From positions 1-33,177 of the forward strand of contig JBFGZE010000026.1 of NCBI GenBank assembly GCA_041586955.1: a stretch of 33,177 nt of DNA, read 5' to 3'. The stretch's first letter is position 1; every line of letters begins with the position of its first letter. Position numbers and translations under genes: made by a program. Source of the DNA: Bacteriovoracaceae bacterium. GTDB lineage: Bacteria > Bdellovibrionota > Bacteriovoracia > Bacteriovoracales > Bacteriovoracaceae. Shown piece by piece: positions 16,828 to 26,982 of the stretch. The notes beneath the pieces are model-generated. The model worked only from the letters and a program-made list of their open reading frames with translations. It was not told the origin of the DNA and did no database searches.

Positions 16828-17837
16828 GAGGTAAGCTCATCTCGTTGCCGGCGGGCAATTTTGAGATATTCTCTAAAAAGAGGAGGTGGTTCACTAGTAA
16901 AATGCATATCTTCCCCCGTTATAGGGTGAATAAACCCCAATTCTTTGGCATGTAAAAATGGATAAGGGTACTCATAAATCAGAGAGCTTAACTCGGGAGT
17001 TAAACGAGTCAGCTGTTGTTTAGGATTGCCATAAGTTGTGTCACCTAGAATGGGGAGGTTTAATATTTGCGAACAATGAACTCTAATTTGATGAGTACGG
17101 CCAGTTTCTAATTTTAATTCCAAATGAGTTGAGTTTTGAAATTTATCGAGAACCTTATAGTGAGTGATGGCATTTTTACCACCCTTCACATTAATGGCCA
17201 TCTTGAGGCGGTTTTGAGGGTGACGGCCAATTTTAGATTCACATTTCCCAGCGATCGCCATTTTTTTGCCACCTATAATAAGGGCTTCATAGCGTCTGGT
17301 GATATCGTGGGTTGAAAATAACTCAACTAGGCCTTGATGACATTTTTGATTTTTCGCAATGACCATCACGCCACTTGTGCCTTTATCAAGGCGATGAACG
17401 ATGCCGGGCCTTTTTTGATCACCGACCCCTTGAAGGTCTTGGCAGTGATGGAGAATGGCATTGACCAAAGTACCTTCCCAATTTCCAGGAGCGGGATGGG
17501 TCACCATACCAGCTTCTTTATTCACGATAATTAAATGCTCATCTTCAAAAAGAATTTCGAGAGGGATATTCTGAGCTATCGCCTCGGCCGCCTGAGGAGG
17601 AGGGGTTTTAATTTGGATGATCGTTCCTGCGGGAGGCATTTTTTTTAGTTCGAGATTCGCCTGGTCGCTGGTGATTTTACCGCTTTTAAAAAGGGATTGA
17701 ATGGTACTGCGACTTTTATCGGTGAGAGAATGAACCAGAAATTGGTCTAGCCGTTTAAATTGGGCCTTGTCAAGATCACAGACAGTCAGTTGGATACATT
17801 CATCCGAGCTGGTTAAAGCGGAATCTTCGTTTGTCAT
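16824..17837 (-). CDS. rluD: RluA-family pseudouridine synthase, RluD-type
   Basis: S4-like RLDQFL, VNKEAGMVTHPAPG, GIVHRLDKGTSG, TGRTHQIRVH, LHA. Confidence 0.93.
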   Translation of the reverse strand: MTNEDSALTSSDECIQLTVCDLDKAQFKRLDQFLVHSLTDKSRSTIQSLFKSGKITSDQANLELKKMPPAGTIIQIKTPPPQAAEAIAQNIPLEILFEDEHLIIVNKEAGMVTHPAPGNWEGTLVNAILHHCQDLQGVGDQKRPGIVHRLDKGTSGVMVIAKNQKCHQGLVELFSTHDITRRYEALIIGGKKMAIAGKCESKIGRHPQNRLKMAINVKGGKNAITHYKVLDKFQNSTHLELKLETGRTHQIRVHCSQILNLPILGDTTYGNPKQQLTRLTPELSSLIYEYPYPFLHAKELGFIHPITGEDMHFTSEPPPLFREYLKIARRQRDELTS

Positions 17838-17842
17838 AATTT

Positions 17843-18496
17843 TTAAATTTCGCCCTTTAAAGTCTTAAGGCGGCGTAAGTAGGAGGTTGCGACAACCTCA
17901 GGATTTAATTTTAAACACTTTGCATATTGATATACAAAGCCTCTTACATAGACCAAAGCGGGCAGTTTATCAAATTCTTCTGTTTCAATATTTTTGAGAT
18001 AGGTTTTTGAGACTTTGGTCATATCGGACATACGCTTGATATCAACTTGCTTATATTCGCGTATTTCCTGAAGAAAAAGCCCTGTGAATTCTTCGGCATT
18101 TTCGATTTTTTGTTCCATCTCTTGGTCTTGCGTATAGTCTAGGGAGAAGCGTTTTTTTGCGACAATTTGTGACATTGACTCACGGTTGGGCGCTGGCGTC
18201 GCTTCCTGCTTTTGTTGAACATTTTCAAGTTTTCTTTTGAGTGGAAAGTTGTCGTGTGTCTTAAATCCGCGCGCCTCATCGTATTCTCTGCGTTTGCTGG
18301 GATCGGATAAAATAGAATAAGCTTCTTCAATGGTATTCATGATGCTTTCACATTCATCTTTAGACATTAAGGAATAGAGCGCCAATGAATCTTGACCGTA
18401 GGCATTTTTGGCCCTTAGATATCCGCGCTGAACTTCGTCAAAACTAGCGTTAGTGGGAATTTCAAGAATATCATAATAATTTTTTTGGTCGGTCAT
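17843..18496 (-). CDS. J-domain-like (no HPD) plus RodZ-type HTH protein
   Basis: NYYDILEI..EEAYSILSDPSKRREYD J-domain signature with YGQD at the HPD position; C-terminal LKNIE..LPALVYVRGFV..YAKCL HTH. Start reset to 18496. Confidence 0.85.
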   Translation of the reverse strand: MTDQKNYYDILEIPTNASFDEVQRGYLRAKNAYGQDSLALYSLMSKDECESIMNTIEEAYSILSDPSKRREYDEARGFKTHDNFPLKRKLENVQQKQEATPAPNRESMSQIVAKKRFSLDYTQDQEMEQKIENAEEFTGLFLQEIREYKQVDIKRMSDMTKVSKTYLKNIETEEFDKLPALVYVRGFVYQYAKCLKLNPEVVATSYLRRLKTLKGEI

Positions 18497-18506
18497 AAAT
18501 TTTCCC

Positions 18507-19451
18507 TTAATTAAAGTTAAGCAAGCGATTAACGATGCGATCGAAATTTCCGACAAGGTTTGAATTGGGGAATTCTAAAAGAAGAGGACGTCTTCTCTTT
18601 ACACTTTGCCAAACCGTTGCGTCGTACTCCAGGTATCCTGTGAAATCGACTTCTAGTCCAAAATATTTGCGACTGATAATTTTCATGGAAAACCCAATAT
18701 CAATATCGGCCTGAGTGCGCACCTGATTAATAATTAAGCGCGGGTGCAATTGATTAATTTCCCTTTTTAGTTTTTCTCCTAAAACTGGGTTGGCCTCAAC
18801 CACACGCTTGATTAATTCCGAGGGGGTATTATTCCCGCCCATTTTGGCATTCATCGCCTGGTCAATAATGGGTCCAATATCTAGTAATTCTTCCGCTAAT
18901 TTTAATTTGCGGTGAAAAATAGAGCGGATAAAACGGTAAGTATTTTCGATAGAAGTCGGTTCGGGGAGCGCTGTCAAAATACCTTGGTCTGCTGAAATAA
19001 AGAAGTCCAAGGTGTTAAGAGTTGTTCCCGCCCCTAAGTCTAGAATGACGTAATCAGTGTCTAATTCTCCTAATTTGGAGAGGATTTTCGTTTTATGCAT
19101 TTGCTTGAGATTGGCAATGCCAATATCATCATGCGCACCCGAGATGACTCGTAAATTTTCAATGGGTGATTGAGTTGCCAACTCCTCAAGACTTCGTACT
19201 TTCTTAGAAAGATAATCCGATAAGGTCTTATCAGGAATGGGAACACCTAGGCAGGTGTGAAGGTTGGCCCCTCCAAGGTCTAAATCGATCGCAACAACAC
19301 GGTAGCCCATGAGTGCTAAACAGATTGAGAGATTGGCCGTCACTAAGCTTTTGCCAACTCCACCTTTTCCACCGCCAACGGCCCAAATCTTTACCTGGGA
19401 CCTCGGCTTTAAACTCGTTTCAAAATCTTGCAAATCGTGGGCCTTTAACAT
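18507..19451 (-). CDS. MinD/FlhG(FleN)-like P-loop ATPase
   Basis: Deviant Walker A GKGGVGKS, DLDLGGAN, DLGAG, PEPTS, IINQ, and an amphipathic C-terminus FDRIVNRLL. Confidence 0.9.
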   Translation of the reverse strand: MLKAHDLQDFETSLKPRSQVKIWAVGGGKGGVGKSLVTANLSICLALMGYRVVAIDLDLGGANLHTCLGVPIPDKTLSDYLSKKVRSLEELATQSPIENLRVISGAHDDIGIANLKQMHKTKILSKLGELDTDYVILDLGAGTTLNTLDFFISADQGILTALPEPTSIENTYRFIRSIFHRKLKLAEELLDIGPIIDQAMNAKMGGNNTPSELIKRVVEANPVLGEKLKREINQLHPRLIINQVRTQADIDIGFSMKIISRKYFGLEVDFTGYLEYDATVWQSVKRRRPLLLEFPNSNLVGNFDRIVNRLLNFN

Positions 19452-19579
19452 CCTATGTCGTCTCCCTATTCAATGGGCATCCTTGACCTCTCATTATTAT
19501 AGGCATCTTTTATGAAATTGTAAGTCCCCAAATCCAAAAGACTTTTATAGTCGGGAAACGTTGCAGCATTTCTCGTTTT

Positions 19580-20260
19580 TTAATGAGGAAGTTTATAGGT
19601 TTTTTCAATGGTCTCAAAAACTTTTATGGCGTTAGCGGTGTAAAAGTCTTCAGTGGTAGGCTCGTCACTAGGAAGAAGGGTATGGAGAATTTGAATACGA
19701 TCGGCCAAAGAGCGGTTCTCCAAAATCATCTGCTTCATTTCTTGGTCCTGAATAATAAAGGCCGATATATAATCCAAAACATGGTGAATTGATTTTATCT
19801 CGCGCATGAGCGCCTCTCGCTCTCGACTATCCTTAACCGAATGATTCATCCACCAATTGAGAATTTCCCCTAATCTTTCTATTTTATTTTCGCAGGGAAA
19901 ATCTTCCGAATGAAGATCGGGCAAGGCCTCAACTTCGTAAACGAGGTGAGGAATATTTTGAATGACATTTTTAAGGAGGACTCGTTTTGTCCCTCGGATT
20001 AGAATTTTGATACTCCCATCAGGGTATTCATCAATAATTTCGGGAATGCCCGAGGTGCCGATCATCTTGGGGATATATTGAACATGCTGACTAAAGCTAC
20101 CTCGTGTCGGAGTGGCCTGAACAAGAGTAATAGGCCCTTGGTTGGCAATTGATTGGCGGATCATATTGATATAGGATTTTTCCACGATATACAGTGGAAT
20201 GATGGTATTGGGAAAAAACACCAAGTTGGGAATGGGTAAAATCGGTGTCGTAAAATTCAT
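19580..20260 (-). CDS. Stand-alone Lon N-terminal (substrate-binding) domain protein
   Basis: LPI..VFFP...PLYIVE..Y..M, PDG, KQMILE..DR. No AAA+ or protease domain. Start reset to ATG 20260. Confidence 0.85.
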   Translation of the reverse strand: MNFTTPILPIPNLVFFPNTIIPLYIVEKSYINMIRQSIANQGPITLVQATPTRGSFSQHVQYIPKMIGTSGIPEIIDEYPDGSIKILIRGTKRVLLKNVIQNIPHLVYEVEALPDLHSEDFPCENKIERLGEILNWWMNHSVKDSREREALMREIKSIHHVLDYISAFIIQDQEMKQMILENRSLADRIQILHTLLPSDEPTTEDFYTANAIKVFETIEKTYKLPH

Positions 20261-20405
20261 AAACTTATTATAACCTTGAGGTCCCCTAATTTCGGGCAAT
20301 AGGTTATTCATTTTCTAAAATATCAAGCAGTTGGCCTTAATTACTTGAATAGTAAAAAACTTATTGAGAGACTTAAAGTGGCACAGAAAATTGGAGATCA
20401 ATAAA

Positions 20406-21350
20406 ATGGCATCAGAACCTGAAATACAACCCCTTGAACCATTCGTCGTCCAGAAAATTTGGGGTGGCGAACGCTTGGCCCACATTAAAGACCTTGAAGG
20501 TCTGGACCATACTCTTGGGGGAGTCGGTGAAACCTGGGAAGTGTCTGCGCTTAAGCAAGGGCCCAGTCGTCTTGATGGCCACGCTCTTTGTGACTTACAA
20601 GATTTGGCGCATATCCCTTATCTCGCGAAATTGATTGATACCAATGATAATTTATCAGTGCAGGTTCACCCTGGTGATGATTATGCCGCTCAATATGAAA
20701 ATTCAAAAGGCAAGACCGAGTGTTGGCTCATTCTAGAGGCGGGGCCTAATGAGGGAATTTATTTGGGGCTTAAAGACGGGGTGTCCAAAGAGCAATTACA
20801 AAAGGCCATTAAAAGTAGTGAGAATGTGAATGACCTTTTGGTTTTTTATCCCGTTAAAAAAGGAGACTTTTTCTTTGTTCCTGCTGGTGCCATTCATGCC
20901 ATTGGTACAGGGGTCTTTCTTGCAGAGATCCAGCAAAGCTCTGGGGTTACCTACCGCGTGTGGGATTGGAATCGAGTTGATAGCAACGGGCAATCTCGAG
21001 AGCTTCATATCGATAAAGCGATGGATGTTATTAATTTTGATCCTCAGTTTAATTCACCAGAAAATTTTAAATTTAGCAAAGGACTTTTTAAGAAAATGGG
21101 CAAGTCCACTATCATAAATCATGAAGATTTTAATGTTGAATTAATCAATTTAAAGGCGGGTGAGGAATTTCATTTATCCATTAATTCGAAAGATAGACCT
21201 GGAAGTCTATTAGTATTAGAGGGAGAGGGGAAGATTTATGGACAAGAGAATATTAACCTTCAATCTTATCGCTCTTACCTCATTAATAAAAATGTCAAGG
21301 AATTGAATTGTGTTGCAGAAAGGCCTCTTTCTTTGCTCTATATTTTTTAA
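20406..21350 (+). CDS. manA: Mannose-6-phosphate isomerase, class I
   Basis: KIWGG, GETWE, LSVQVHP, KTECW, PAGAIHA, EIQQSS.VTYR. Start at ATG 20406 behind GGAG. Confidence 0.93.
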   Translation: MASEPEIQPLEPFVVQKIWGGERLAHIKDLEGLDHTLGGVGETWEVSALKQGPSRLDGHALCDLQDLAHIPYLAKLIDTNDNLSVQVHPGDDYAAQYENSKGKTECWLILEAGPNEGIYLGLKDGVSKEQLQKAIKSSENVNDLLVFYPVKKGDFFFVPAGAIHAIGTGVFLAEIQQSSGVTYRVWDWNRVDSNGQSRELHIDKAMDVINFDPQFNSPENFKFSKGLFKKMGKSTIINHEDFNVELINLKAGEEFHLSINSKDRPGSLLVLEGEGKIYGQENINLQSYRSYLINKNVKELNCVAERPLSLLYIF

Positions 21351-22113
21351 TATCTTCGCTCTTAGTTGCACGAAAGAGTCGCAGTTAATTTCTTCGGCAG
21401 AAGGTTGGCGTATTAGGCCCCTCGGCCAAGGAATTGTTGAATTGAAGGATGAGCCTTGGCGTGTTGGGATTAAAGAGAAAAAGGTCATCTCAAAAGGCCT
21501 TAAGATGGGCCTTCGTTTTCCTCATTTGAGCTTGGATGATGTCAAGTTTTTGTATAAAGAAATAGGCCTTGATTCTTGGCTCGTCAAAGTATCTCAATTG
21601 AATGCTAATGGAGAAAAAATTCTTGCTTATTATTCTATCCCCGTTATTTTTGAAACATCTTTAAAGAAAGGCGGGCTTAGCGTACGGGAAAAACAAACAT
21701 CATTTTTTAATATTTATTACGCGGCCGCTTCGATTTCAAACCGCGCTCGTCAATCGCCATGCCCAGTCATGAATCATAATTTGAAAATCGACTCAATCGA
21801 TCTTAAAAGTCATATTACCTATGGAAAAGACTTTACTGTCTTTAAAGATGGGGGCACTCCAATCCCTGATAAAGTTGAAATATTTTCTTACGGACTTATT
21901 GTGATTAACGGAGGAAAGCAGTTACAGGGTGAGTATAAAATTGAAGTGGCGCTTTATAATTCGAAAATTAAAAAGGCACTGAGTAATTTCGTGAGCTTTG
22001 ATAAGAAAGTTATCGTTAAAGAATCCCCCGTGCAATTATTAGAATGTCAAAATTTTCGTCTAAAAGATGACAATAGCAAGAAAGGTTTTGAGTTCTTTAA
22101 ATTTGGTCGTTAA
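21310..22113 (+). CDS. Hypothetical lipoprotein
   Basis: Hydrophobic leader ending in lipobox-like ALSC. The start overlaps the manA 3' end and its exact position is uncertain. Confidence 0.7.
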   Translation: MLQKGLFLCSIFFNIFALSCTKESQLISSAEGWRIRPLGQGIVELKDEPWRVGIKEKKVISKGLKMGLRFPHLSLDDVKFLYKEIGLDSWLVKVSQLNANGEKILAYYSIPVIFETSLKKGGLSVREKQTSFFNIYYAAASISNRARQSPCPVMNHNLKIDSIDLKSHITYGKDFTVFKDGGTPIPDKVEIFSYGLIVINGGKQLQGEYKIEVALYNSKIKKALSNFVSFDKKVIVKESPVQLLECQNFRLKDDNSKKGFEFFKFGR

Positions 22114-22137
22114 ACCGAGAAGAAAAACTTCTCGGTT
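22113..22137. terminator. Bidirectional terminator hairpin between convergent genes
   Basis: Perfect 10-bp stem AACCGAGAAG/CTTCTCGGTT with a 5-nt loop. Confidence 0.8.
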
Positions 22138-22144
22138 GACTCTT

Positions 22145-22516
22145 TTAAATCATTTGGCAATTGATGGGGTAAGTCACTTCGTGCCCCTTTTTACCCCTCA
22201 TAATAAGATAATCATCCAATTCGTTGGGGGCATTAACATTATTAATATGAATCGTATGCTTGGTACCACTAATAAAGAGGATTTTTGTAAACCCTTTTTT
22301 GGCATACCGAGTGCGTACTGGAATCGCTGAGGCAATGCCCCGTGATTTTATTTGAGAATAGGGATCAAAAAAAGCAATGGTATTTTTTTTAACGACAAAG
22401 GCCCGAGAGTAGCGAGGGGTAAAGCAAGTATATTCCTTATTTTTACTGGCGTATGTATTGCTCACTCCCAGGAAGGTCATGAGGATAAATAAAATATTGC
22501 TTAAATTCTTTTTCAT
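22145..22516 (-). CDS. Small basic secreted hypothetical protein
   Basis: Signal peptide MKKNLSNILFILMTFLGVSNTYA, two Cys near the termini, SD GGAGAG. Start at the second Met. Confidence 0.75.
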   Translation of the reverse strand: MKKNLSNILFILMTFLGVSNTYASKNKEYTCFTPRYSRAFVVKKNTIAFFDPYSQIKSRGIASAIPVRTRYAKKGFTKILFISGTKHTIHINNVNAPNELDDYLIMRGKKGHEVTYPINCQMI

Positions 22517-22554
22517 CTGTCTCTCCATATTAGAATGCTGACACTTATATATAG

Positions 22555-22570
22555 AGCAAGACTTATGCCA
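22555..22570 (-). promoter_or_regulatory. Sigma54 (-24/-12) promoter
   Basis: TGGCATAAGTCTTGCT (GG-N10-GC), about 40 nt upstream of the start at 22516. Confidence 0.72.
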
Positions 22571-22830
22571 TCTTTTTCATGCATTTATAGGGCCTTAGTA
22601 AAAGGCCTTCGTGATAGTTTTTTTATGGCCGTCCAAAACTTTAACAATAAAACACAATTCGGGAACTTAGCGCCGCAATGCCCATTTTGTAGGTCACAAA
22701 GCTTAAAATATTGATGGGGAGCGAATTATTGATAAGGAAGCAGCTCATTTAAAAACACTATGATTTCAATTATATAAAAAGGTGTTGAATTCTTCTTATT
22801 TAAAACGATGCTTTCTCTTACAATGAAATT

Positions 22831-24051
22831 ATGGGGAAATTAATGAAGCTATATTTATGGACACTTCTCTTGCTCGCTATTTCTTGTGGGAGTAAGAAAA
22901 CCGGAACATCGAACGTCGCCTTAAAGCTGGGATTTAGCTTGTCGCAGGCCCAGATGGGTCGCCTTATGGTTCATGGTGTTTCTCTTGAAAATGGCGTTAA
23001 GTTTGGCAAGCTGGTAACCAGTTCTTCTATGTCTCTTGAGCTTCCAAACGGCAATTGGAAATTAATGGCGACTTATTGGGATGGGGCAGAGGTATTCTCC
23101 GGTAATGTGAAATGTGATCTCCAGCAAATGAATCTATTAGGCGGGGATGTGGACGTTAATCTAAATTTGACTTCATCAAAATGCCAGGAATTTGATTTTT
23201 CACCAGGGTCCGACACTTTTTATAATAACGTTGGGGGCTTTGTTCCTATCAATATGGTCAATTGCGAATCAATGCCAGGTACTACTGGGGTTGGCGGAGA
23301 GTGCGATTCCCAGATAGGAGCCGCCAAATCATATTCAATTCACCTTGTTGATTACGATATGACTGATTATTTAAGCGAAGGGAGTATGGTGAGTTCCGGT
23401 GTTGAAATGTGCTTTAATATGGCCTTGTCGGGTGGGAAAACTTATGTGAATAATTCTGGCATAGCATTGCCAAGGATTCCTGTTATTAATCATGACTTCT
23501 CTCCCTTCGCTGTTGAAATTGTTGCTTATGATTATTCTGATTGTCAGGGATCAGAAAAGAGTTTTAAATTTCCAAGTGGACTTTTACGTAATGAATTGCA
23601 TAATTCAAGTGATTATTACTTTAGGATTAGTGATGATGCCAGTTATTCCCTCTTTTATCACCAGCATCCATTTAAAGAGTTTAGCAGCTTAACTCCTCAA
23701 GATATAATTTCCATGGATAGTGATATAACTGATACATTTCTTAGTTTAGAAAGCTCAGGTACCATGGGAGATTTAGAGGCCGGCTCTATTGTTTTTATGA
23801 AGTCGGGAAGTGGTCACTATTCACTCATTAAAATTGATTCTTTTGACTTGATTTCTCATCAATTAAGCATTGAGTACAAAAATATAGACCTGCAAGGGAA
23901 TTTTGAAACGGCGGTTAATGCTACTATTAATGGTACATATACTTTCGATCTAAACGGAGATGGGAATGACGATATTTGGAACCACGCCTTAGATGCATTT
24001 AATGTCAAATTTGAGGCAAAAAATGGCGCTTCATTTTATCTTTATCATTAA
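22831..24051 (+). CDS. Hypothetical Cys-containing lipoprotein
   Basis: Lipobox-like AISC, several Cys, and C-terminal DLNGDGNDD (possible Ca-binding loop). Start may be 22843. Confidence 0.78.
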   Translation: MGKLMKLYLWTLLLLAISCGSKKTGTSNVALKLGFSLSQAQMGRLMVHGVSLENGVKFGKLVTSSSMSLELPNGNWKLMATYWDGAEVFSGNVKCDLQQMNLLGGDVDVNLNLTSSKCQEFDFSPGSDTFYNNVGGFVPINMVNCESMPGTTGVGGECDSQIGAAKSYSIHLVDYDMTDYLSEGSMVSSGVEMCFNMALSGGKTYVNNSGIALPRIPVINHDFSPFAVEIVAYDYSDCQGSEKSFKFPSGLLRNELHNSSDYYFRISDDASYSLFYHQHPFKEFSSLTPQDIISMDSDITDTFLSLESSGTMGDLEAGSIVFMKSGSGHYSLIKIDSFDLISHQLSIEYKNIDLQGNFETAVNATINGTYTFDLNGDGNDDIWNHALDAFNVKFEAKNGASFYLYH

Positions 24052-24073
24052 TGCCGAGAAGCCTTTTTTGACT

Positions 24074-24886
24074 TTAGCTCCGCTTTGAACTTGAACATTG
24101 TTCTTTTTCTTGATGCTTAAAGTAACCTTGATACTCACCCTTAAATTTCATGGCGCTAATTATTTGATTAATTTTCGGAATGAGCGACTTGGCGGGGGAT
24201 TTTTTAGAAAAGGCAAGGTAGAAGACTTCATGATCGAGGACTTTTTCCATTGAGACTAATTGGTTTGTTAATTTAAATTTTTCAATCAGGCATTGTGCGA
24301 CATTTTCATTGAGAGGAATAATATCGATTCGTCGTTTTTGTAGCATACGAATCAATTGATCCTCATGCGCGACCTGAAGGTCATTTTTAAGAGTTCTATT
24401 GCCAAATGCCTCTATCATCGTTTTTCCCAAATAATGGTCACGAACTCGTCCAATTTTGTAAATTCTTAAGTCCTTTACGTTTTTCCACCTAAGGGGGGTG
24501 GGGAAGTGATCCTTTAGATACCATAATTTTGTTTCGCCGGTAAAAATAGGGAGTGTATAGTCCAAGTATTTTTCTCCTCCAGCAGTTTTTAAAATGGCCA
24601 TCATTCCGTCCATTTTCCCCGTTTTGACATTCTCGATCGCGCGGCTCCAAGGTAAAATTTGATACTCGATATGCACATCATTAAATTGTTGAAAAATTTG
24701 CTTATATAAATGAGGAAGAATTCCCCCTGAGGCCAGTTCTCCTGGTCGCCCTTCAATATAGGGAGGGGATGGATCGGCAACTAAAACAATTGTTTGGCGG
24801 GTTAATAAGGACCACGAAAAAATGAGGAGGATCAATAAGACAATGAACTTAATTAACAAATGAGAATTTCGTCTTTGAGTACTCAT
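24074..24886 (-). CDS. Orphan family-3-like periplasmic substrate-binding protein
   Basis: PPY, LPWSRA...VKTGKMDG, ML.KRRID, YLAFSK. SD AGGAGG. Confidence 0.85.
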   Translation of the reverse strand: MSTQRRNSHLLIKFIVLLILLIFSWSLLTRQTIVLVADPSPPYIEGRPGELASGGILPHLYKQIFQQFNDVHIEYQILPWSRAIENVKTGKMDGMMAILKTAGGEKYLDYTLPIFTGETKLWYLKDHFPTPLRWKNVKDLRIYKIGRVRDHYLGKTMIEAFGNRTLKNDLQVAHEDQLIRMLQKRRIDIIPLNENVAQCLIEKFKLTNQLVSMEKVLDHEVFYLAFSKKSPAKSLIPKINQIISAMKFKGEYQGYFKHQEKEQCSSSKRS

Positions 24887-24991
24887 TCAGTCCTCCTGAG
24901 TAATCCTCCTACTTATTTAAATGGGAGTAAATAGAGTGAAATCTAATTAGTGTTAGGTTAATTCTATTAACTTGAAGAGAGGAAAAAGGTC

Positions 24992-26353
24992 TTAATAGGT
25001 AAATTCTTGAATAAGGTCAAAAAGAGGAGTTGGTTGCCCTAGTCCATAGGTTTGGTTTTTAATACTAATACGATTTGGAGTGGTATCGGTTTCAAAGTAC
25101 ATAAAGTTTTGAACCCCATCTTCTGCCTTGCCCTTTACTTGGTTAGGGTTGGGGTATTTTTTAAAGGTACCTTTAAAAACAATAGAGTGAATACCAGAAG
25201 TGGTAAATTCGAAGCTCTTTTTGGTGTATATATTTTGTGGGGTTTGGATGATTTCTGCTAGATGACGGTCGCCGCTGATAAAAAATACTTGCTTTTTCGT
25301 ATGTCTTAAATTGTCTAATAAAAAGTGAAGGCCTTCAGGATTTTGGCGCTCAAAACTTTCAAAAGGGTGGTAACCGCCAAAGAATTGATCGCCCTTAATG
25401 AGCCATAATGGACCTTTGTCACCAGAAATATTTTTCATCAACCAAAAAAATTGCTCTTTCCCTAAGTGAGAGAACTTTCCATTTTGTTCGTTATCACGAA
25501 AATAGCGGGCATCTAAAAAGGCAAAGGTTTGCCCTGATTTTTTCCATATAAAGGATACGCCAGGGCCTGAGGTAAATGAATTGATTCTGGCGTGAGGATT
25601 AAAGGCAGAAAATATGTCCAAGGATTGTTTCTTGTATTGGAAAAATCGATCACCATTATCAACGCCGTAATCATGATCGTCCCAGATTGAGAAATTAGGA
25701 ATAAGGTGCACCATTTTGAAGAGGTCAACTCGTTGTCGACTTTCGAAATATCGTTGGAGGATACGTGAAGGCCTGGATTCTCCACCTATATATTGGCCAT
25801 TCACAATGTCAGTATAAACATTATCTCCGATGGTGAAAATTGCGTCAGGCCTTAGTGATTGGACTTTAGACCACATTTGTCGCTGCTCTTTTTGATAATT
25901 ATCGGACAGGCACGAGGCGACAACGAAGGACAAGGACTTTTTATCAGGACTGAACCCTTGGAAGGTGCGGTAGTCAATTAGGTTGCCATCTTTATGGTGA
26001 ACGAAAAATTCATAAACGTCACCGGGGATAAGGTTTTTAATATGGAGATGATCAAGACGCCCGGGGTGGTCTTTCCAATGTTTATTTTTGAGGAGGATCG
26101 ATTCCCTTTGATGGAGGCGAAGAGATTTTTTATGGCGAATGGTGTATTGAATAGGTTCATCTTTTGTATGAACGATGGTTAATATTGTTTCATTGTTGCT
26201 GGTCCAAGTTTGGTTAATCGGAATTCTTTTATCGAGAGGAACTTCTTTTATTTCTTTTTTCGGCCAACCAATAGCAGAGTTGATCAAAGATTTAGTGGTT
26301 GCGCAATTACTTAACGCGAGAATCATGAATACAAGAGAAATAAATTTAATCAC
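24992..26353 (-). CDS. phoD: PhoD-family alkaline phosphatase/phosphodiesterase, lipoprotein
   Basis: ASC, GDNVYTD, WDDHD, LDARYFR, SGDRH and lipobox-like LSNC. GTG start overlaps the gloA stop (GTGA). Confidence 0.88.
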   Translation of the reverse strand: MIKFISLVFMILALSNCATTKSLINSAIGWPKKEIKEVPLDKRIPINQTWTSNNETILTIVHTKDEPIQYTIRHKKSLRLHQRESILLKNKHWKDHPGRLDHLHIKNLIPGDVYEFFVHHKDGNLIDYRTFQGFSPDKKSLSFVVASCLSDNYQKEQRQMWSKVQSLRPDAIFTIGDNVYTDIVNGQYIGGESRPSRILQRYFESRQRVDLFKMVHLIPNFSIWDDHDYGVDNGDRFFQYKKQSLDIFSAFNPHARINSFTSGPGVSFIWKKSGQTFAFLDARYFRDNEQNGKFSHLGKEQFFWLMKNISGDKGPLWLIKGDQFFGGYHPFESFERQNPEGLHFLLDNLRHTKKQVFFISGDRHLAEIIQTPQNIYTKKSFEFTTSGIHSIVFKGTFKKYPNPNQVKGKAEDGVQNFMYFETDTTPNRISIKNQTYGLGQPTPLFDLIQEFTY

Positions 26354-26769
26354 CAATCCCCCTGATTAGGCATTGAGTGCCAGGGTTCACAGGGCGTTAG
26401 CGCCTTTCCTTTCTGTAATAATTCGATGGAAATATTGTCGGGAGACTTGATAAAGGCCATATGCCCATCCCGTGGAGGTCTCAGAATTTGAATTCCCTTT
26501 TTTTGCAGGGATTCGCAGTAATCATAAATATTATCTACTTCAAAAGCGAGGTGACCAAAATTACGGCCGAAAGTATACTCTTTTTCTTGATCCCAATTAT
26601 AAGTTAATTCAATTTCGGGTGCGCCGGGTTCGGTGGCCAAAAAGATTAAAGAAAAACGTCCCTTTTCACTCTCTTTGCGCCTGACCTCAATGAGGCCCAA
26701 TTGGTCGATAAAAAAGCGAAGGGCCCGTTCCAAGTTCAAAACTCGAATCATGGTATGGAGGTAGCGCAT
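26350..26769 (-). CDS. gloA: Lactoylglutathione lyase / VOC family protein
   Basis: [35 protein letters not shown]. Confidence 0.88.
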   Translation of the reverse strand: MRYLHTMIRVLNLERALRFFIDQLGLIEVRRKESEKGRFSLIFLATEPGAPEIELTYNWDQEKEYTFGRNFGHLAFEVDNIYDYCESLQKKGIQILRPPRDGHMAFIKSPDNISIELLQKGKALTPCEPWHSMPNQGDW

Positions 26770-26982
26770 TAATATTCCTTTGTGAATATCCTAGGGATAA
26801 AAGTTTACTCTGGAAACTAAAAAAGGTTGTTTTTAATAAGTGTCTTTTGACTCAGGTCGCCGTTTCGGACCATTTGACCTATCAATACGATTTATTGCAA
26901 GTTAAGATTTCTTATCTCCCAGATTGACCTATTTAAACAACTTTTCTTTGACAATTATTTTATGCCAGGCAATATTCTTAAT

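Noticed and set aside
18507..19451. Naming the ATPase flhG or minD
   Set aside because: No flhF/fliA or minC/minE context; only the family is supported.
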